NCBI GenBank assembly: GCA_028689655.1 | Contig: JAQVCT010000012.1 | Location: 2,753 to 66,752, forward strand | From: Lachnospiraceae bacterium | GTDB taxonomy: Bacteria > Bacillota > Clostridia > Lachnospirales > Lachnospiraceae | Length of the DNA stretch: 64,000 nucleotides | Reading direction: 5' to 3' | In this document: one piece after another, positions 42,820-53,139 of the stretch | Layout: every line of letters begins with the position of its first letter | Position numbering within the stretch: the stretch's first letter is position 1 | Made by a program: the position numbers and the translations under genes | The notes under the pieces: generated by a model | Databases searched by the model: none | What the model was told of the DNA's origin: nothing | The model's input: the letters and a program-made list of their open reading frames with translations, nothing else

Positions 42820-42865
42820 AAAAAGAGGAATAAAGAATAAGGAATAAGGAATAAGGAATAAGGAA
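42773..42865. repeat. Consecutive short A-rich microsatellites (aaacaaaat x3, atgaaaa x3, aataagg x4)
   Basis: Read directly from the sequence. They span the 3' end of the 97-aa ORF and the spacer that follows. Confidence 0.85.
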
Positions 42866-43037
42866 GTGTGATATTCCGCAAAAAAAGAGAAGTGTGAGGA
42901 CAATATGAAATAAGAATGCTTGACAATTCTGTCGTAAGATATTAACATAACATATGTTATTATAGAAATGGAAACAACTTTGCAGTGAAGATTCTACAAC
43001 TGATATGTAGATATCTTAGAAAGGGTATGGGACTCAT

Positions 43038-43589
43038 ATGCCAAGAAAAGAAACAATTACACGTGATATGCTAATAGAGGCAGCCTTCTCACTTTTACAA
43101 GAGGAAGGAATAGAACAGGTCACAGCCAGGAAACTTGCTGCAAAGGTAGGATGTTCTACACAGCCTATTTTTCGTTTATATAAAAGTATGGAGGAATTGC
43201 AGGTCGAACTCACAGACAGGATGATCGCTTATTTTGAAACCTATTATGAGGAATTTACGGAGCGGGATGCTACACCGTTTGTCAATCTGGGACTGGCTTA
43301 TATCCATTTCGCAGAAAGTGAGAAAAATATTTTTAAAGCACTTTTTCTGTCTCAGGACAGAGGTGGGAAAAGCCTGTATGAGTTACTCAATGGCTCCAAG
43401 GGAGCAGTGATCAGAGAGATTCAAAAAGCAAAAGAAGACGGAAAGAGCAATCCCAGTGAACTGTTTATGAAAATGTGGATATTTATTCACGGAGCTGCAT
43501 GCATGACCATTACAGGAGATTATGATCTGTTGGAAGGGGAGACTTTATCGTTATTGAGAGATTCCTATGCCGCTTATTGTAGAAAATAG
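43038..43589 (+). CDS. TetR/AcrR-family transcriptional regulator
   Basis: N-terminal HTH LIEAAFSLLQEEGIEQVTARKLAAKVGCSTQPIFRLY. 183 aa. Confidence 0.85.
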   Translation: MPRKETITRDMLIEAAFSLLQEEGIEQVTARKLAAKVGCSTQPIFRLYKSMEELQVELTDRMIAYFETYYEEFTERDATPFVNLGLAYIHFAESEKNIFKALFLSQDRGGKSLYELLNGSKGAVIREIQKAKEDGKSNPSELFMKMWIFIHGAACMTITGDYDLLEGETLSLLRDSYAAYCRK

Positions 43590-43652
43590 AATCATGATCA
43601 GTGATACGACATCATGGGAAAATGGAATAATCATAGAATGCAGGAGTAGAAA

Positions 43653-44777
43653 ATGCAATTAGAAATCTTAAAAAGACATCAGAATCATGAAAATAGGAAT
43701 CCCGAAAATACGGATACTGGTATAAGGGATGCTGTGACTAAAGCATCTATGCAGGAAAATAGTTTAGAAGAGGATTTTAAAAATGGAAGTTACGGGAGAG
43801 ATGACTCTGGGATAGAAAATTCCTCCAATGAAAAGGGTACGGATGAAAGCGTTGCAGATCAGGATATCCTTACCCGAATGAACGAACGATATGCCAAGAT
43901 GAGCAAAAGCCATAAGATTATTGCAAGCTTTATATCAGATCATTATGAGCAGGCTGTTTTCATGACGGCGGCGAAGCTGGGGGAGACGCTGGATATCAGT
44001 GAATCAACAGTAGTCAGGTTTGCGTCGGGGATTGGATATGATGGATATCCGGAATTTCAGAAAGCATTGGAAGAGTGGGTAAAAAACAAGCTTAATTCTG
44101 TACAGAAGATCAATGTGAAATATGGTAACAGCACGCAGTCGGAGATTCTTACAGATGTGCTCACTTCTGATATGGAAAAGATCTCTGATACGATGCAGAA
44201 TCTGGATCCGGCGGCATTTGAAACAGCGGTTGATATTATACTGAATGCAAAGACGATCTATATTGTAGGAATCAGAAGTTGTGAACCATTGGCTGACTTT
44301 ATGAGTTTTTATCTGAACATGATTCGCGGAAATGTGCAGCTGCTTCGAACTACCAGTGTCAGTGAGATGTTCGAGCAGATGATTCGCATCAATGAACATG
44401 ATGCAATCATAGGAATCAGTTTCCCAAGGTATTCCATGCGAACATTGAAAGCCATGGAATTTGCCAATGATCGCAATGCAAAAGTAATTACCATCACAGA
44501 TTCCGTACATTCCCCCATGAACTTGTATTCCTCCTGCAATCTGCTGGCAAGGTCTGACATGGTTTCCATCGTGGATTCTCTTGTGGCGCCCCTGAGTGTG
44601 ATCAATGCACTGGTGGTGGCATTATGCTTGAAACGCCCACAGGAGGTGAAGGATAATCTGGAGACATTGGAGCAGGTGTGGAATAATTATCAGGTATATC
44701 TCAATGACGAGATTAACTTTATTGATGAGGATACCATGTTAAATTATTCGTTGAAAAAGGAGACAGACCATGAGTAA
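43653..44777 (+). CDS. RpiR/MurR-family regulator (HTH_6 + SIS domain) with an N-terminal extension of about 70 aa
   Basis: MSKSHKIIASFISDHYEQAVFMTAAKLGETLDISESTVVRFASGIGYDGY is the RpiR HTH. The SIS region contains IYIVGIRSC. The RBS AGGAG lies 6 nt before ATG 43653. Confidence 0.8.
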   Translation: MQLEILKRHQNHENRNPENTDTGIRDAVTKASMQENSLEEDFKNGSYGRDDSGIENSSNEKGTDESVADQDILTRMNERYAKMSKSHKIIASFISDHYEQAVFMTAAKLGETLDISESTVVRFASGIGYDGYPEFQKALEEWVKNKLNSVQKINVKYGNSTQSEILTDVLTSDMEKISDTMQNLDPAAFETAVDIILNAKTIYIVGIRSCEPLADFMSFYLNMIRGNVQLLRTTSVSEMFEQMIRINEHDAIIGISFPRYSMRTLKAMEFANDRNAKVITITDSVHSPMNLYSSCNLLARSDMVSIVDSLVAPLSVINALVVALCLKRPQEVKDNLETLEQVWNNYQVYLNDEINFIDEDTMLNYSLKKETDHE

Positions 44778-46002
44778 AATAATCGTAATAGGCGGTGGCG
44801 CGGCAGGTATGATGGCGGCAATCTATGCGGCACGTGGCGGACATCAGGTGGATCTCTACGAGAAAAATGAAAAACTGGGAAAGAAGTTATTCATTACTGG
44901 AAAGGGAAGATGCAATGTTACCAATGCGTGTGATGTGGAATCTCTTTTTCAAAATGTGATCAGCAATCCTAAATTCCTGTACAGCGGTTTCTACGGATTC
45001 GACAATCAGATGACCATGCATTTTTTTGAAGAAGCAGGGTGCAAACTGAAAGTGGAAAGAGGAGATCGCGTATTTCCGGTATCAGACCATTCCTCCGATA
45101 TTATTCGTGTGTTGCAGAATGAATTGAAGGATAACCGGGTATCCATTCATCTGAATACTCCCATAAAAGATCTCAAGGTGCAGGATGACTGTATACAGGG
45201 AATTGTATGCAGGGATGGCACAAGGGTCACAGCGGATAAAGTCATCATTGCCACCGGGGGAAATTCCTATCAACTGACAGGCTCCACCGGGGACGGATAT
45301 GGATTTGCGCGGAGTACAGGGCATAGAGTTACCGACCTCAAGCCAGCGTTAGTTCCCTTTTCTATAGAAGAATCTTATTGCAGGGATCTGATGGGATTAT
45401 CCCTGAGAAATGTCAAGGCGGCTGTATTGGACGATGGAAAAGAAATCTACAGTGGGTTTGGAGAGATGCTTTTTACCCATTATGGTGTCAGCGGTCCGCT
45501 GATCCTGAGCGCCAGCAGTTTCTATGGTAAAAAGAAAAAAGAGAATGGCAAAAAGGCAATCCTGCAACTGGATCTGAAGCCGGCACTCAGCGAAGAACAA
45601 TTGGACAAGAGAGTGTTACGGGATTTTGATGAAAACCATAACAAACACTTCAAAAATGCGGTAAATGGATTATTCCCTGGCAAAATGATACCTGTTATGA
45701 TACAGTTATCAGGAATCGACCCTGAGAAACCGGTGCATGAGATCAGCAGGGAAGAGCGAAAAGAGTTCGTCCACATGATCAAGAACTGGAATATGACCAT
45801 TCGTGGATTACGGGACTTTGACGAGGCAATCATCACCCAGGGCGGTGTATCCACAAAGGATGTGAATCCGTCCACCATGGAATCCAGGAAAATAAAGAAT
45901 CTTTATTTCGCAGGGGAGGTCATGGATCTGGATGCACTCACAGGAGGTTTCAATCTGCAGATTGCCTGGTCCACAGGATATCTGGCTGGTATAAATGTCT
46001 GA
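44770..46002 (+). CDS. HI0933/YhiN/BaiN-like FAD-dependent oxidoreductase
   Basis: IIVIGGGAAGMMAAIYAARGG (GxGxxG), KLFITGKGRCNVTN and YFAGEVMDLDALTGGFNLQ are typical of the family. Confidence 0.8.
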   Translation: MSKIIVIGGGAAGMMAAIYAARGGHQVDLYEKNEKLGKKLFITGKGRCNVTNACDVESLFQNVISNPKFLYSGFYGFDNQMTMHFFEEAGCKLKVERGDRVFPVSDHSSDIIRVLQNELKDNRVSIHLNTPIKDLKVQDDCIQGIVCRDGTRVTADKVIIATGGNSYQLTGSTGDGYGFARSTGHRVTDLKPALVPFSIEESYCRDLMGLSLRNVKAAVLDDGKEIYSGFGEMLFTHYGVSGPLILSASSFYGKKKKENGKKAILQLDLKPALSEEQLDKRVLRDFDENHNKHFKNAVNGLFPGKMIPVMIQLSGIDPEKPVHEISREERKEFVHMIKNWNMTIRGLRDFDEAIITQGGVSTKDVNPSTMESRKIKNLYFAGEVMDLDALTGGFNLQIAWSTGYLAGINV

Positions 46003-46190
46003 ATTGATAAGGTCACAGAGTTATAGAATACACAAGGGATACAGGATATGTATATGGTATAATTGCGTGCGGAAGATACTTTGAAAGTAAGAGAAAATTC
46101 TGAAACTAAAATAAGCATTATTTCATTAAAATATAGGATGAATATAAATAGAGATACAATAAACAGATCAATAGAAAAGGTGGAATCAGT

Positions 46191-46862
46191 ATGAGTTTTA
46201 ATGTAGCAATCGATGGACCGGCAGGCGCCGGAAAAAGTACAATCGCCAAAAAAATCGCAAAGAAAATGGGATATATTTATGTGGATACGGGGGCAATGTA
46301 CCGTGCCATGGCACTTTTTTTCATAGAAAATGGTATCAAAGCGGAAGAAACGGATAAAATAAATACAAAATGCAAAGATGCTGACATTACTATCACGCAT
46401 GAGAACGGAGAGCAGATCGTTCTGTTAAATGGCAAAAATGTAAATGGTATGATACGCACCGAAGAAGTGGGTAACATGGCAAGTGCCTCCTCCGTAAATC
46501 GTGAAGTACGGGAGAAGCTGGTGGAGTTACAGCAAAAACTGGCAAAGAAAACGGACGTTATCATGGACGGCAGGGATATCGGAACTGTGGTGCTGCCACA
46601 GGCGGATGTGAAAATCTATCTCACCGCCAGCAGTGCAGTGCGTGCAAAGAGACGTTACGATGAACTGACCGCAAAGGGCGAACGCGTTGACTTTGATCAT
46701 ATTGAGCAGCGTATTATTGAAAGAGATCATCGTGATATGACCAGAGAGATTTCCCCACTGAAACAGGCGGAGGATGCCATACGGGTGGATTCCTCTGACA
46801 TGGGAATCGATGAAGTGGTGGATACCATCATAAAACTATGCCAGAATAAGCAGTCTAAATAA
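46191..46862 (+). CDS. cmk: Cytidylate kinase
   Basis: VAIDGPAGAGKSTIAK, YVDTGAMYRA, DGRDIGTVV. Confidence 0.9.
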   Translation: MSFNVAIDGPAGAGKSTIAKKIAKKMGYIYVDTGAMYRAMALFFIENGIKAEETDKINTKCKDADITITHENGEQIVLLNGKNVNGMIRTEEVGNMASASSVNREVREKLVELQQKLAKKTDVIMDGRDIGTVVLPQADVKIYLTASSAVRAKRRYDELTAKGERVDFDHIEQRIIERDHRDMTREISPLKQAEDAIRVDSSDMGIDEVVDTIIKLCQNKQSK

Positions 46863-46975
46863 GTAGTGTGAATAAGGAATCAGAGTAAGAGAATCATAAG
46901 AATAGATTCTCTAAGTATCAATTTACAATATTGATTGAAATCAGAGAAAAGAAAAATAATCGAACGAGGTTATCA

Positions 46976-47824
46976 ATGGAAGTAATATTAGCAAAGTCAG
47001 CGGGCTTTTGTTTTGGCGTGAAACGAGCCGTGGAGCAGGTATATGAGCAGACAGATACCAGAAAAAATATCTATACTTACGGACCGATCATTCACAATGA
47101 AGAGGTCGTAAAAGATCTGGAGCGGAAGGGTGTTACGGTGGTTAATGATCTGGACGAACTGACAGATGTGTCATCAGGTACAGTCATTATTCGATCCCAC
47201 GGTGTATCAGCCAATGTTTTTCATGCCATAGAGGAGACTGGACTGGAGTGTGTGGATGCCACCTGTCCTTTTGTGAAAAGAATTCATAAAACAGTGGAAA
47301 AAGAGAGCATGAATGGCCGCAAGATCGTCATTATAGGTAACGATGGACACCCGGAAGTAGAGGGGATCAAAGGATGGTCAAAAACGCCGGCGGTGGTAAT
47401 TGAGTCGAGAGAAGAAGCAGAGAATTTTGAAAATTTAGAGAATCAAAAGCTATGTATTGTATCACAGACGACATTTAACTACAATAAATTTCAAGATTTA
47501 GTTGAAATTTTTCAGAAAAAAGGTTATGATATACTTGTTGTGAATACGATATGTAGTGCAACAGAAGAACGACAGACAGAGGCGAGAAAGATCGCTGCGA
47601 CTGTCGATGCTATGATAGTAATAGGCGGTACTCACAGTTCTAATACAAGAAAACTGTATGAAATATGCAGTAAGGAATGTGAGAACACTTATTTTATACA
47701 GACACTAGATGACTTGCATTTAGATTTACCTAAATCTGTTCGACTGGTGGGTATTACGGCAGGGGCTTCTACCCCAAATAATATAATTGAGGAGGTTCAA
47801 AATTATGTCAGAATTAACTTTTGA
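46976..47824 (+). CDS. ispH: 4-hydroxy-3-methylbut-2-enyl diphosphate reductase IspH
   Basis: AKSAGFCFGVKRAV, DATCPFV, NTICSATEERQ, GGTHSSNT. The ATG at 46976 follows GAGG. Confidence 0.9.
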   Translation: MEVILAKSAGFCFGVKRAVEQVYEQTDTRKNIYTYGPIIHNEEVVKDLERKGVTVVNDLDELTDVSSGTVIIRSHGVSANVFHAIEETGLECVDATCPFVKRIHKTVEKESMNGRKIVIIGNDGHPEVEGIKGWSKTPAVVIESREEAENFENLENQKLCIVSQTTFNYNKFQDLVEIFQKKGYDILVVNTICSATEERQTEARKIAATVDAMIVIGGTHSSNTRKLYEICSKECENTYFIQTLDDLHLDLPKSVRLVGITAGASTPNNIIEEVQNYVRINF

Positions 47825-48941
47825 ACAAATGTTAGACGAATCATTTAAGACAATACACACAGGAGAGGTTATTGAAGGTACAATCATCGATGTCAAGCCA
47901 GACGAAGCAGTATTGAACATCGGCTATAAGTCAGACGGTATTCTTACAAAGAATGAATATACCAATGAATCAAACGTAGATTTAACAACTGTACTCACTG
48001 TTGGTGACAAGATGGAAGTAAAAGTCTTAAAAGTAAACGATGGTGAAGGACAAGTCTTATTAACTTATAAGAGACTTACAGCAGATCGTGGTAATAAGAG
48101 AATTGAAGAAGCATTCAATAATAAAGAAGTGTTGACAGCAAAAGTATCCCAGGTATTAGATGGTGGTCTTTGTGTTGTTGTGGAAGAGATCAGAATCTTC
48201 ATTCCGGCAAGTCTTGTATCAGATTCCTACGAAAAAGATTTGAATAAATATGCCGGACAGGATATCAGCTTTGTAATCAGTGAATACAATCCTAAGAGAA
48301 GAAGATATATCGGAGATCGTAAGCAGCTGATCGTTGCTGAGAAAGCAGAGATGCAAAAAGAATTATTCGCAAGAATCAAAGAAGGCGATGTAGTAGAAGG
48401 TACAGTTAAAAATGTGACTGACTTTGGTGCATTCATTGATCTTGGCGGTGCTGATGGATTACTTCACATTTCAGAAATGTCATGGGGAAGAGTTGAAAAT
48501 CCTAAGAAAGTATTTAAAGTTGGCGATAATGTAAATGTATTGATCAAAGAGATCCAGGGAACTAAAATTGCACTCAGCTTAAAATTTGATGATGCAAATC
48601 CATGGAAAGATGCAACAGCTAAATATGCAGTAGGAAATGTTGTAACTGGTGTAGTAGCCAGAATGACAGATTTTGGTGCGTTCGTAGAGTTAGAGCCAGG
48701 CGTTGATGCATTATTACATGTATCACAGATTTCAAAAGAACATATTGAGAAACCTTCAGATGTATTGAGGACTGGCGAAGAAGTAACAGCAAAAGTTGTT
48801 GATTTCAATGAAGTAGACAGAAAGATCAGCTTGAGTGTGAAAGCTTTATTAGCTCCTGAACCTGTTGAAGCTGCACCAGAAGAAGATGCAGATGTGGTAT
48901 CGGTTGATATTGAAGCAGCTATCGCTGAAGACAATCAGTAG
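47805..48941 (+). CDS. rpsA: 30S ribosomal protein S1 (four S1 domains)
   Basis: RBS GAGGAGG upstream. Repeated S1 motifs: GTIIDV, GTVKNVTDFGAFIDL, GVVARMTDFGAFVEL. It overlaps the ispH 3' end by 20 nt. Confidence 0.85.
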   Translation: MSELTFEQMLDESFKTIHTGEVIEGTIIDVKPDEAVLNIGYKSDGILTKNEYTNESNVDLTTVLTVGDKMEVKVLKVNDGEGQVLLTYKRLTADRGNKRIEEAFNNKEVLTAKVSQVLDGGLCVVVEEIRIFIPASLVSDSYEKDLNKYAGQDISFVISEYNPKRRRYIGDRKQLIVAEKAEMQKELFARIKEGDVVEGTVKNVTDFGAFIDLGGADGLLHISEMSWGRVENPKKVFKVGDNVNVLIKEIQGTKIALSLKFDDANPWKDATAKYAVGNVVTGVVARMTDFGAFVELEPGVDALLHVSQISKEHIEKPSDVLRTGEEVTAKVVDFNEVDRKISLSVKALLAPEPVEAAPEEDADVVSVDIEAAIAEDNQ

Positions 48942-49011
48942 TATCGATATTAATAACACTATGTGGCATTGGGTTGTTTTTAATTTAGGATAAGGCTAGG
49001 TGGATAGGCAT

Positions 49012-49788
49012 ATGGCATATGATTATGAGCAATTCAAAAAAGCAATTTTTGATATGACGAAGATTGATTTGAGCGCTTACAAAGAGAAACAGATGAAGCG
49101 TAGAATTGACACTATGATATTGAAGAATAAGATTGATGGATACGAAAATTTCGTAAAAACCATTAAGACAGATAAGAAGTTGTTCGAAGAGTTTGTCACA
49201 TATTTGACTATTAATGTTTCTGAGTTCTATCGTAACCCGGAACAGTGGGCATTACTTGATAAGGAAGTTTTTCCGGAACTGATTCAGAAGTTTGGAAACG
49301 GACTAAAGATATGGAGCGCAGCATGCTCTACTGGTGATGAGCCATATTCCTTAGTGATGGCATTATCCAGGTATCTACCACTGAATAAGATTAAGATTTA
49401 TGCCACGGATTTGGACAAGGTGGTAATAGAGAAGGCAAAGACAGGTCTGTACAATGCCAGAAGTATTGCAGGCGTACCTGCCGATTTGAAGAAAAAGTTT
49501 TTCACTCAGATTGGTCCTTCTTATAAGATTGCTGATGAAGTGAAGGCATGTGTTCAATTCAAAGAACATAATTTATTAAAGGATACATATCCCACAAATT
49601 ATGATCTCATTGTATGCCGAAATGTTTTGATCTATTTTACAGAGGAAGCAAAAGACGAAGTATTTGTTAAGTTTTTAAAATCCTTAAAATCTGGTGGTGT
49701 GCTATTTATTGGCAGCACCGAACAGATCGTAAATTATCGTGAACTGGGATATGAAAGAAAAAATTCATTCTTCTATGAGAAACCATGA
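49012..49788 (+). CDS. cheR: Chemotaxis protein methyltransferase CheR
   Basis: INVSEFYRNPEQW, IWSAACSTGDEPYS, CRNVLIYF. Confidence 0.85.
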   Translation: MAYDYEQFKKAIFDMTKIDLSAYKEKQMKRRIDTMILKNKIDGYENFVKTIKTDKKLFEEFVTYLTINVSEFYRNPEQWALLDKEVFPELIQKFGNGLKIWSAACSTGDEPYSLVMALSRYLPLNKIKIYATDLDKVVIEKAKTGLYNARSIAGVPADLKKKFFTQIGPSYKIADEVKACVQFKEHNLLKDTYPTNYDLIVCRNVLIYFTEEAKDEVFVKFLKSLKSGGVLFIGSTEQIVNYRELGYERKNSFFYEKP

Positions 49789-49826
49789 AAATCGAATGAA
49801 TATTGCAGTAGAATATAACGTATTGA

Positions 49827-49857
49827 AACCACTCAGGGTAACTTCTGAGTGGTTTTT
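49827..49857 (+). terminator. Rho-independent terminator after cheR
   Basis: aaccactcag - loop - ctgagtggtt, followed by TTT. Confidence 0.7.
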
Positions 49858-49957
49858 AAATACCATAAAATAGTACATAAAATCGTATTTTTATGGTATT
49901 TATTTTGGAACATAGATATGATATTCTTATAAATAGAAATAAAATATTGGGGGTACC

Positions 49958-51172
49958 ATGAGGAATCGAATCAGTGTGATGATTTTATTACTATTATGTT
50001 GTATATTTGTCAGTGGATCTTTGCAGGCACAGGCCAGGGAAGCTGGTGGAGCAGAGCAGATTCCCATGAGAGGTGTCTGGGTAGGTACCGTAAACCATAT
50101 TGATTATCCGTCAATACCAACGAAAGATTCCAAAATCCTGAAGAGGGAAATTGACACTGTCATCAAGAATTGTAAAGCGGAGGGTTTCAATGCTATTTTT
50201 CTCCAGGTACGTCCTGACAGTGATGCCATCTATCCCTCGGAAGTCTATCCGTGGAGTGCCTATCTGACGGGTGTCCAGGGGCTGGCACCAATCGATGGAT
50301 TTGATCCGTTGGCATACTGGGTACAGCAGGCACATGCCAATGAGATGCAGCTGCATGCATGGATCAATCCCTATCGGATCACCACCAACGGTGTGGAAGA
50401 GTGGAATGCACTTTCTCAGCAGAATCCGGCGAAGCTTCACCCAGACTGGGTAATTCAGTATAGCAATCAAAACTTTTATTATAATCCAGCCTTACCGGAA
50501 GTCCGAGCGTTGATCGAGGCGGGGGTCATGGAAATTGTTCATAATTATGATGTGGATGGAATCCATATGGATGATTATTTCTATCCGGGTAAAGATTTCC
50601 CGGATCAGGCATATTATATGGCACTCAATCAGGGTCAGTTCTCTACGATAGAGGATTGGCGAAGAAACAATGTAAACATATTGATACAGGAGATCGATCA
50701 ACAGGTACATGAGGTAAGAGCGGATATCCAATGGGGAATCAGCCCTTCCGGGGTATGGGAAAATCAGTCAGCAAATCCATTGGGAAGTGATACTCAGGGA
50801 GGAAATCCTTCCTATTCTAAACTTTATGCGGATACAAGATTGTGGGCACTTTCAGGGTGGATCGATTATATAGCACCCCAGATCTACTGGAATATCGGTC
50901 ATGACAAGGCGGACTATACGAAGCTGGTAAATTGGTGGTCAGACACCTTAAAAGATAGTCCAACGAAGCTTTATATCGGTCTGGCAGATTATAAAGCTTA
51001 TCAGGTAAAGCCGGGAAATGTATGGTATGGTGGAACAGAACTTTGCAGACAGATGAAGCTAAATCAGGACAATGAAAAGGTCGCAGGAGAGATTCATTTT
51101 AGATATCAATTGATAATGAGTGATCCAATGATAAAAAGGGTTATCTCAGATACATATACGAAAGAAAAATGA
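49958..51172 (+). CDS. Secreted glycoside-hydrolase-like family 10 protein (GHL10 / DUF187, YngK-like)
   Basis: Signal peptide [30 protein letters not shown]...[17 protein letters not shown] and [10 protein letters not shown] are typical of GHL10. Confidence 0.75.
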   Translation: MRNRISVMILLLLCCIFVSGSLQAQAREAGGAEQIPMRGVWVGTVNHIDYPSIPTKDSKILKREIDTVIKNCKAEGFNAIFLQVRPDSDAIYPSEVYPWSAYLTGVQGLAPIDGFDPLAYWVQQAHANEMQLHAWINPYRITTNGVEEWNALSQQNPAKLHPDWVIQYSNQNFYYNPALPEVRALIEAGVMEIVHNYDVDGIHMDDYFYPGKDFPDQAYYMALNQGQFSTIEDWRRNNVNILIQEIDQQVHEVRADIQWGISPSGVWENQSANPLGSDTQGGNPSYSKLYADTRLWALSGWIDYIAPQIYWNIGHDKADYTKLVNWWSDTLKDSPTKLYIGLADYKAYQVKPGNVWYGGTELCRQMKLNQDNEKVAGEIHFRYQLIMSDPMIKRVISDTYTKEK

Positions 51173-53136
51173 AAAAGGAGCTTGCATCAATGAAAACAGA
51201 AAATCTTATTTACACAAACGAGTCGTGTATTGGATGTAACCGTTGTATTTCTGTCTGTCCGGTATTGACAGCGAATCGCGCAATTACGGAAAATGGAAAG
51301 GACAGAATCGAGGTAAATCCAGAACAGTGCATAGCATGTGGAGCCTGTATGGATGCCTGTGAGCATAGGGCAAGAAATTATTATGATGATACGGAAAAGT
51401 TCTTCGAAGATTTGCGGACAGATAAAAAACTCTCTCTTTTGGTGGCACCGGCATTCCCGGCAAATTATCCAAAAGAATACAAGGCAATTCTGGGAGGATT
51501 AAAAAAGTGTGGCGTAAATCATATCTATAGTGTGGGATTCGGTGCAGACATTACCACCTGGGCGTATGTGAATTATATCACAAAGAATAATTTTGCAGGC
51601 GGTGTATCACAGCCCTGCCCGGCTATCGTAAATTACATAGAGCGTTATGAACCGAAGTTACTTGGTAAACTGATGCCAATACATTCTCCGCTAATGTGTG
51701 CTGCAGTTTATGTGAAGAAATATCTGAATGTAACAGACAGCCTGGCATTTATCAGTCCCTGTGTGGCAAAGAAAACAGAAATTGATGATCCCAATACCCA
51801 GGGAATGGTCCAATACAATGTTACATTTCAGAATCTTATGGAATATGTAAGGAAAAATCATATCTCAGATAATTCCTATGAAGAGGATCTGGAAGGCGGT
51901 CTGGGTGCTGTGTATCCAATGCCAGGCGGGTTGAAGGAGAATGTGTACTGGTTCTGCGGAAATGATACCTTTGTGCAGCAGGTGGAAGGAGAGCGTGAGG
52001 TATACAAATATCTGTCCAGATATCGGGAGAGAATCGAAGCAAAGAAAGAACTTCCATTCATGGTGGATGCCCTTAACTGTTCTGGCGGATGTATCTACGG
52101 AACAGGAATTGAGGAAGCAAAGACGGAAAATGAAGATATCGAATACGAGATACAGAGGATCAGAAATCGAAGTGAGAGTGCTGCGGGAAAATCTGCGTTC
52201 AATAAAAAGCTGTCCCCGGAAAAGAGACTGAAACGATTAAATCAACAGTTCAATTCCTTAAAATTAGAGGATTTTATAAGAAAATATACGGATAAATCAG
52301 AGAAGGTGAAGATCAAACGACCATCCCAGGAGGAATTAAAGGAAATATTCCAGACCATGGGTAAAAACACAAGGGAAGAACAGACCATTAACTGTGGAGC
52401 CTGTGGATATGACAGTTGTAAAGAAATGGCAACAGCCATCTTAAATGGTACCAACAATAGTCGTTCCTGTCTCCACTATATCAAAGAACTGGCAGAGCAG
52501 GAGGAACGGCAGGCAAAAGAAGCAGCAGAACAGATTAAACAGGCAAATGAAGAGGAAATGCGCAGAGTACAGGTATTACAGGAAGTTATGGCTGAAGTAA
52601 GTAAAGACTTTGAGAGCCTGAATCATTCCATTACGGAGCTGACTGCCGGAAATGCAAATAATGCGGAGGAAAGTTCTTCCATCAGCAATCATATGGGTGA
52701 GGTGAACCAGTTCTGCGAGGAGGTGCAGCAATCACTCACCTCTGTGACAGAGCTGCTTGGCAGGTTGGAGAAGAATAATAATGACATTACAAGTGTTGCA
52801 AATCAGACGAATCTCTTATCCTTAAATGCTTCCATAGAGGCTGCAAGAGCTGGAGCAGCGGGAAAAGGCTTTGCTGTGGTGGCAAGCGAGATCAAAGCGC
52901 TGTCAGATGTGAGCAAGAATACAGCCACCGACAGTAATAATAATAAGGACGCCATATCCGAGACCTTGAATCGAGTAATGCAGGAGACAGAAAGCCTGGT
53001 AAAAATCGTGAAAGAAGTGGAACAGCTGATCACAAATCTTGCTGCAAGCACGGAAGAAATTGCCGCATCCTCAGATATGATAGAGGATCTGTCCAAAGGA
53101 TTAGAAGACAAGATGAAGCGATTGCTGGAAAGATAA
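51169..53136 (+). CDS. [FeFe]-hydrogenase-like sensory domain fused to a methyl-accepting chemotaxis signalling domain (soluble chemoreceptor)
   Basis: Two ferredoxin motifs: [12 protein letters not shown] and [13 protein letters not shown]-cluster-like motifs: [19 protein letters not shown] and [11 protein letters not shown]. An extra Cys cluster [13 protein letters not shown] follows. After a coiled coil comes the MCP hairpin core [37 protein letters not shown] saw no TM segment. The alternative start ATG 51190 has a better RBS (AAGGAG, 9 nt). Confidence 0.8.
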   Translation: MKKELASMKTENLIYTNESCIGCNRCISVCPVLTANRAITENGKDRIEVNPEQCIACGACMDACEHRARNYYDDTEKFFEDLRTDKKLSLLVAPAFPANYPKEYKAILGGLKKCGVNHIYSVGFGADITTWAYVNYITKNNFAGGVSQPCPAIVNYIERYEPKLLGKLMPIHSPLMCAAVYVKKYLNVTDSLAFISPCVAKKTEIDDPNTQGMVQYNVTFQNLMEYVRKNHISDNSYEEDLEGGLGAVYPMPGGLKENVYWFCGNDTFVQQVEGEREVYKYLSRYRERIEAKKELPFMVDALNCSGGCIYGTGIEEAKTENEDIEYEIQRIRNRSESAAGKSAFNKKLSPEKRLKRLNQQFNSLKLEDFIRKYTDKSEKVKIKRPSQEELKEIFQTMGKNTREEQTINCGACGYDSCKEMATAILNGTNNSRSCLHYIKELAEQEERQAKEAAEQIKQANEEEMRRVQVLQEVMAEVSKDFESLNHSITELTAGNANNAEESSSISNHMGEVNQFCEEVQQSLTSVTELLGRLEKNNNDITSVANQTNLLSLNASIEAARAGAAGKGFAVVASEIKALSDVSKNTATDSNNNKDAISETLNRVMQETESLVKIVKEVEQLITNLAASTEEIAASSDMIEDLSKGLEDKMKRLLER

Positions 53137-53139
53137 CAA

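Noticed and set aside
42691-42948. Minus-strand ORFs of 85 and 61 aa
   Set aside because: They are reverse-strand translations of A-rich microsatellites, which gives Phe/Leu/Ile runs. They have no start context.
45903-46400. 165-aa minus-strand ORF across the flavoprotein/cmk spacer
   Set aside because: It is antisense to the cmk P-loop region and to an AT-rich spacer. Its composition is low-complexity.
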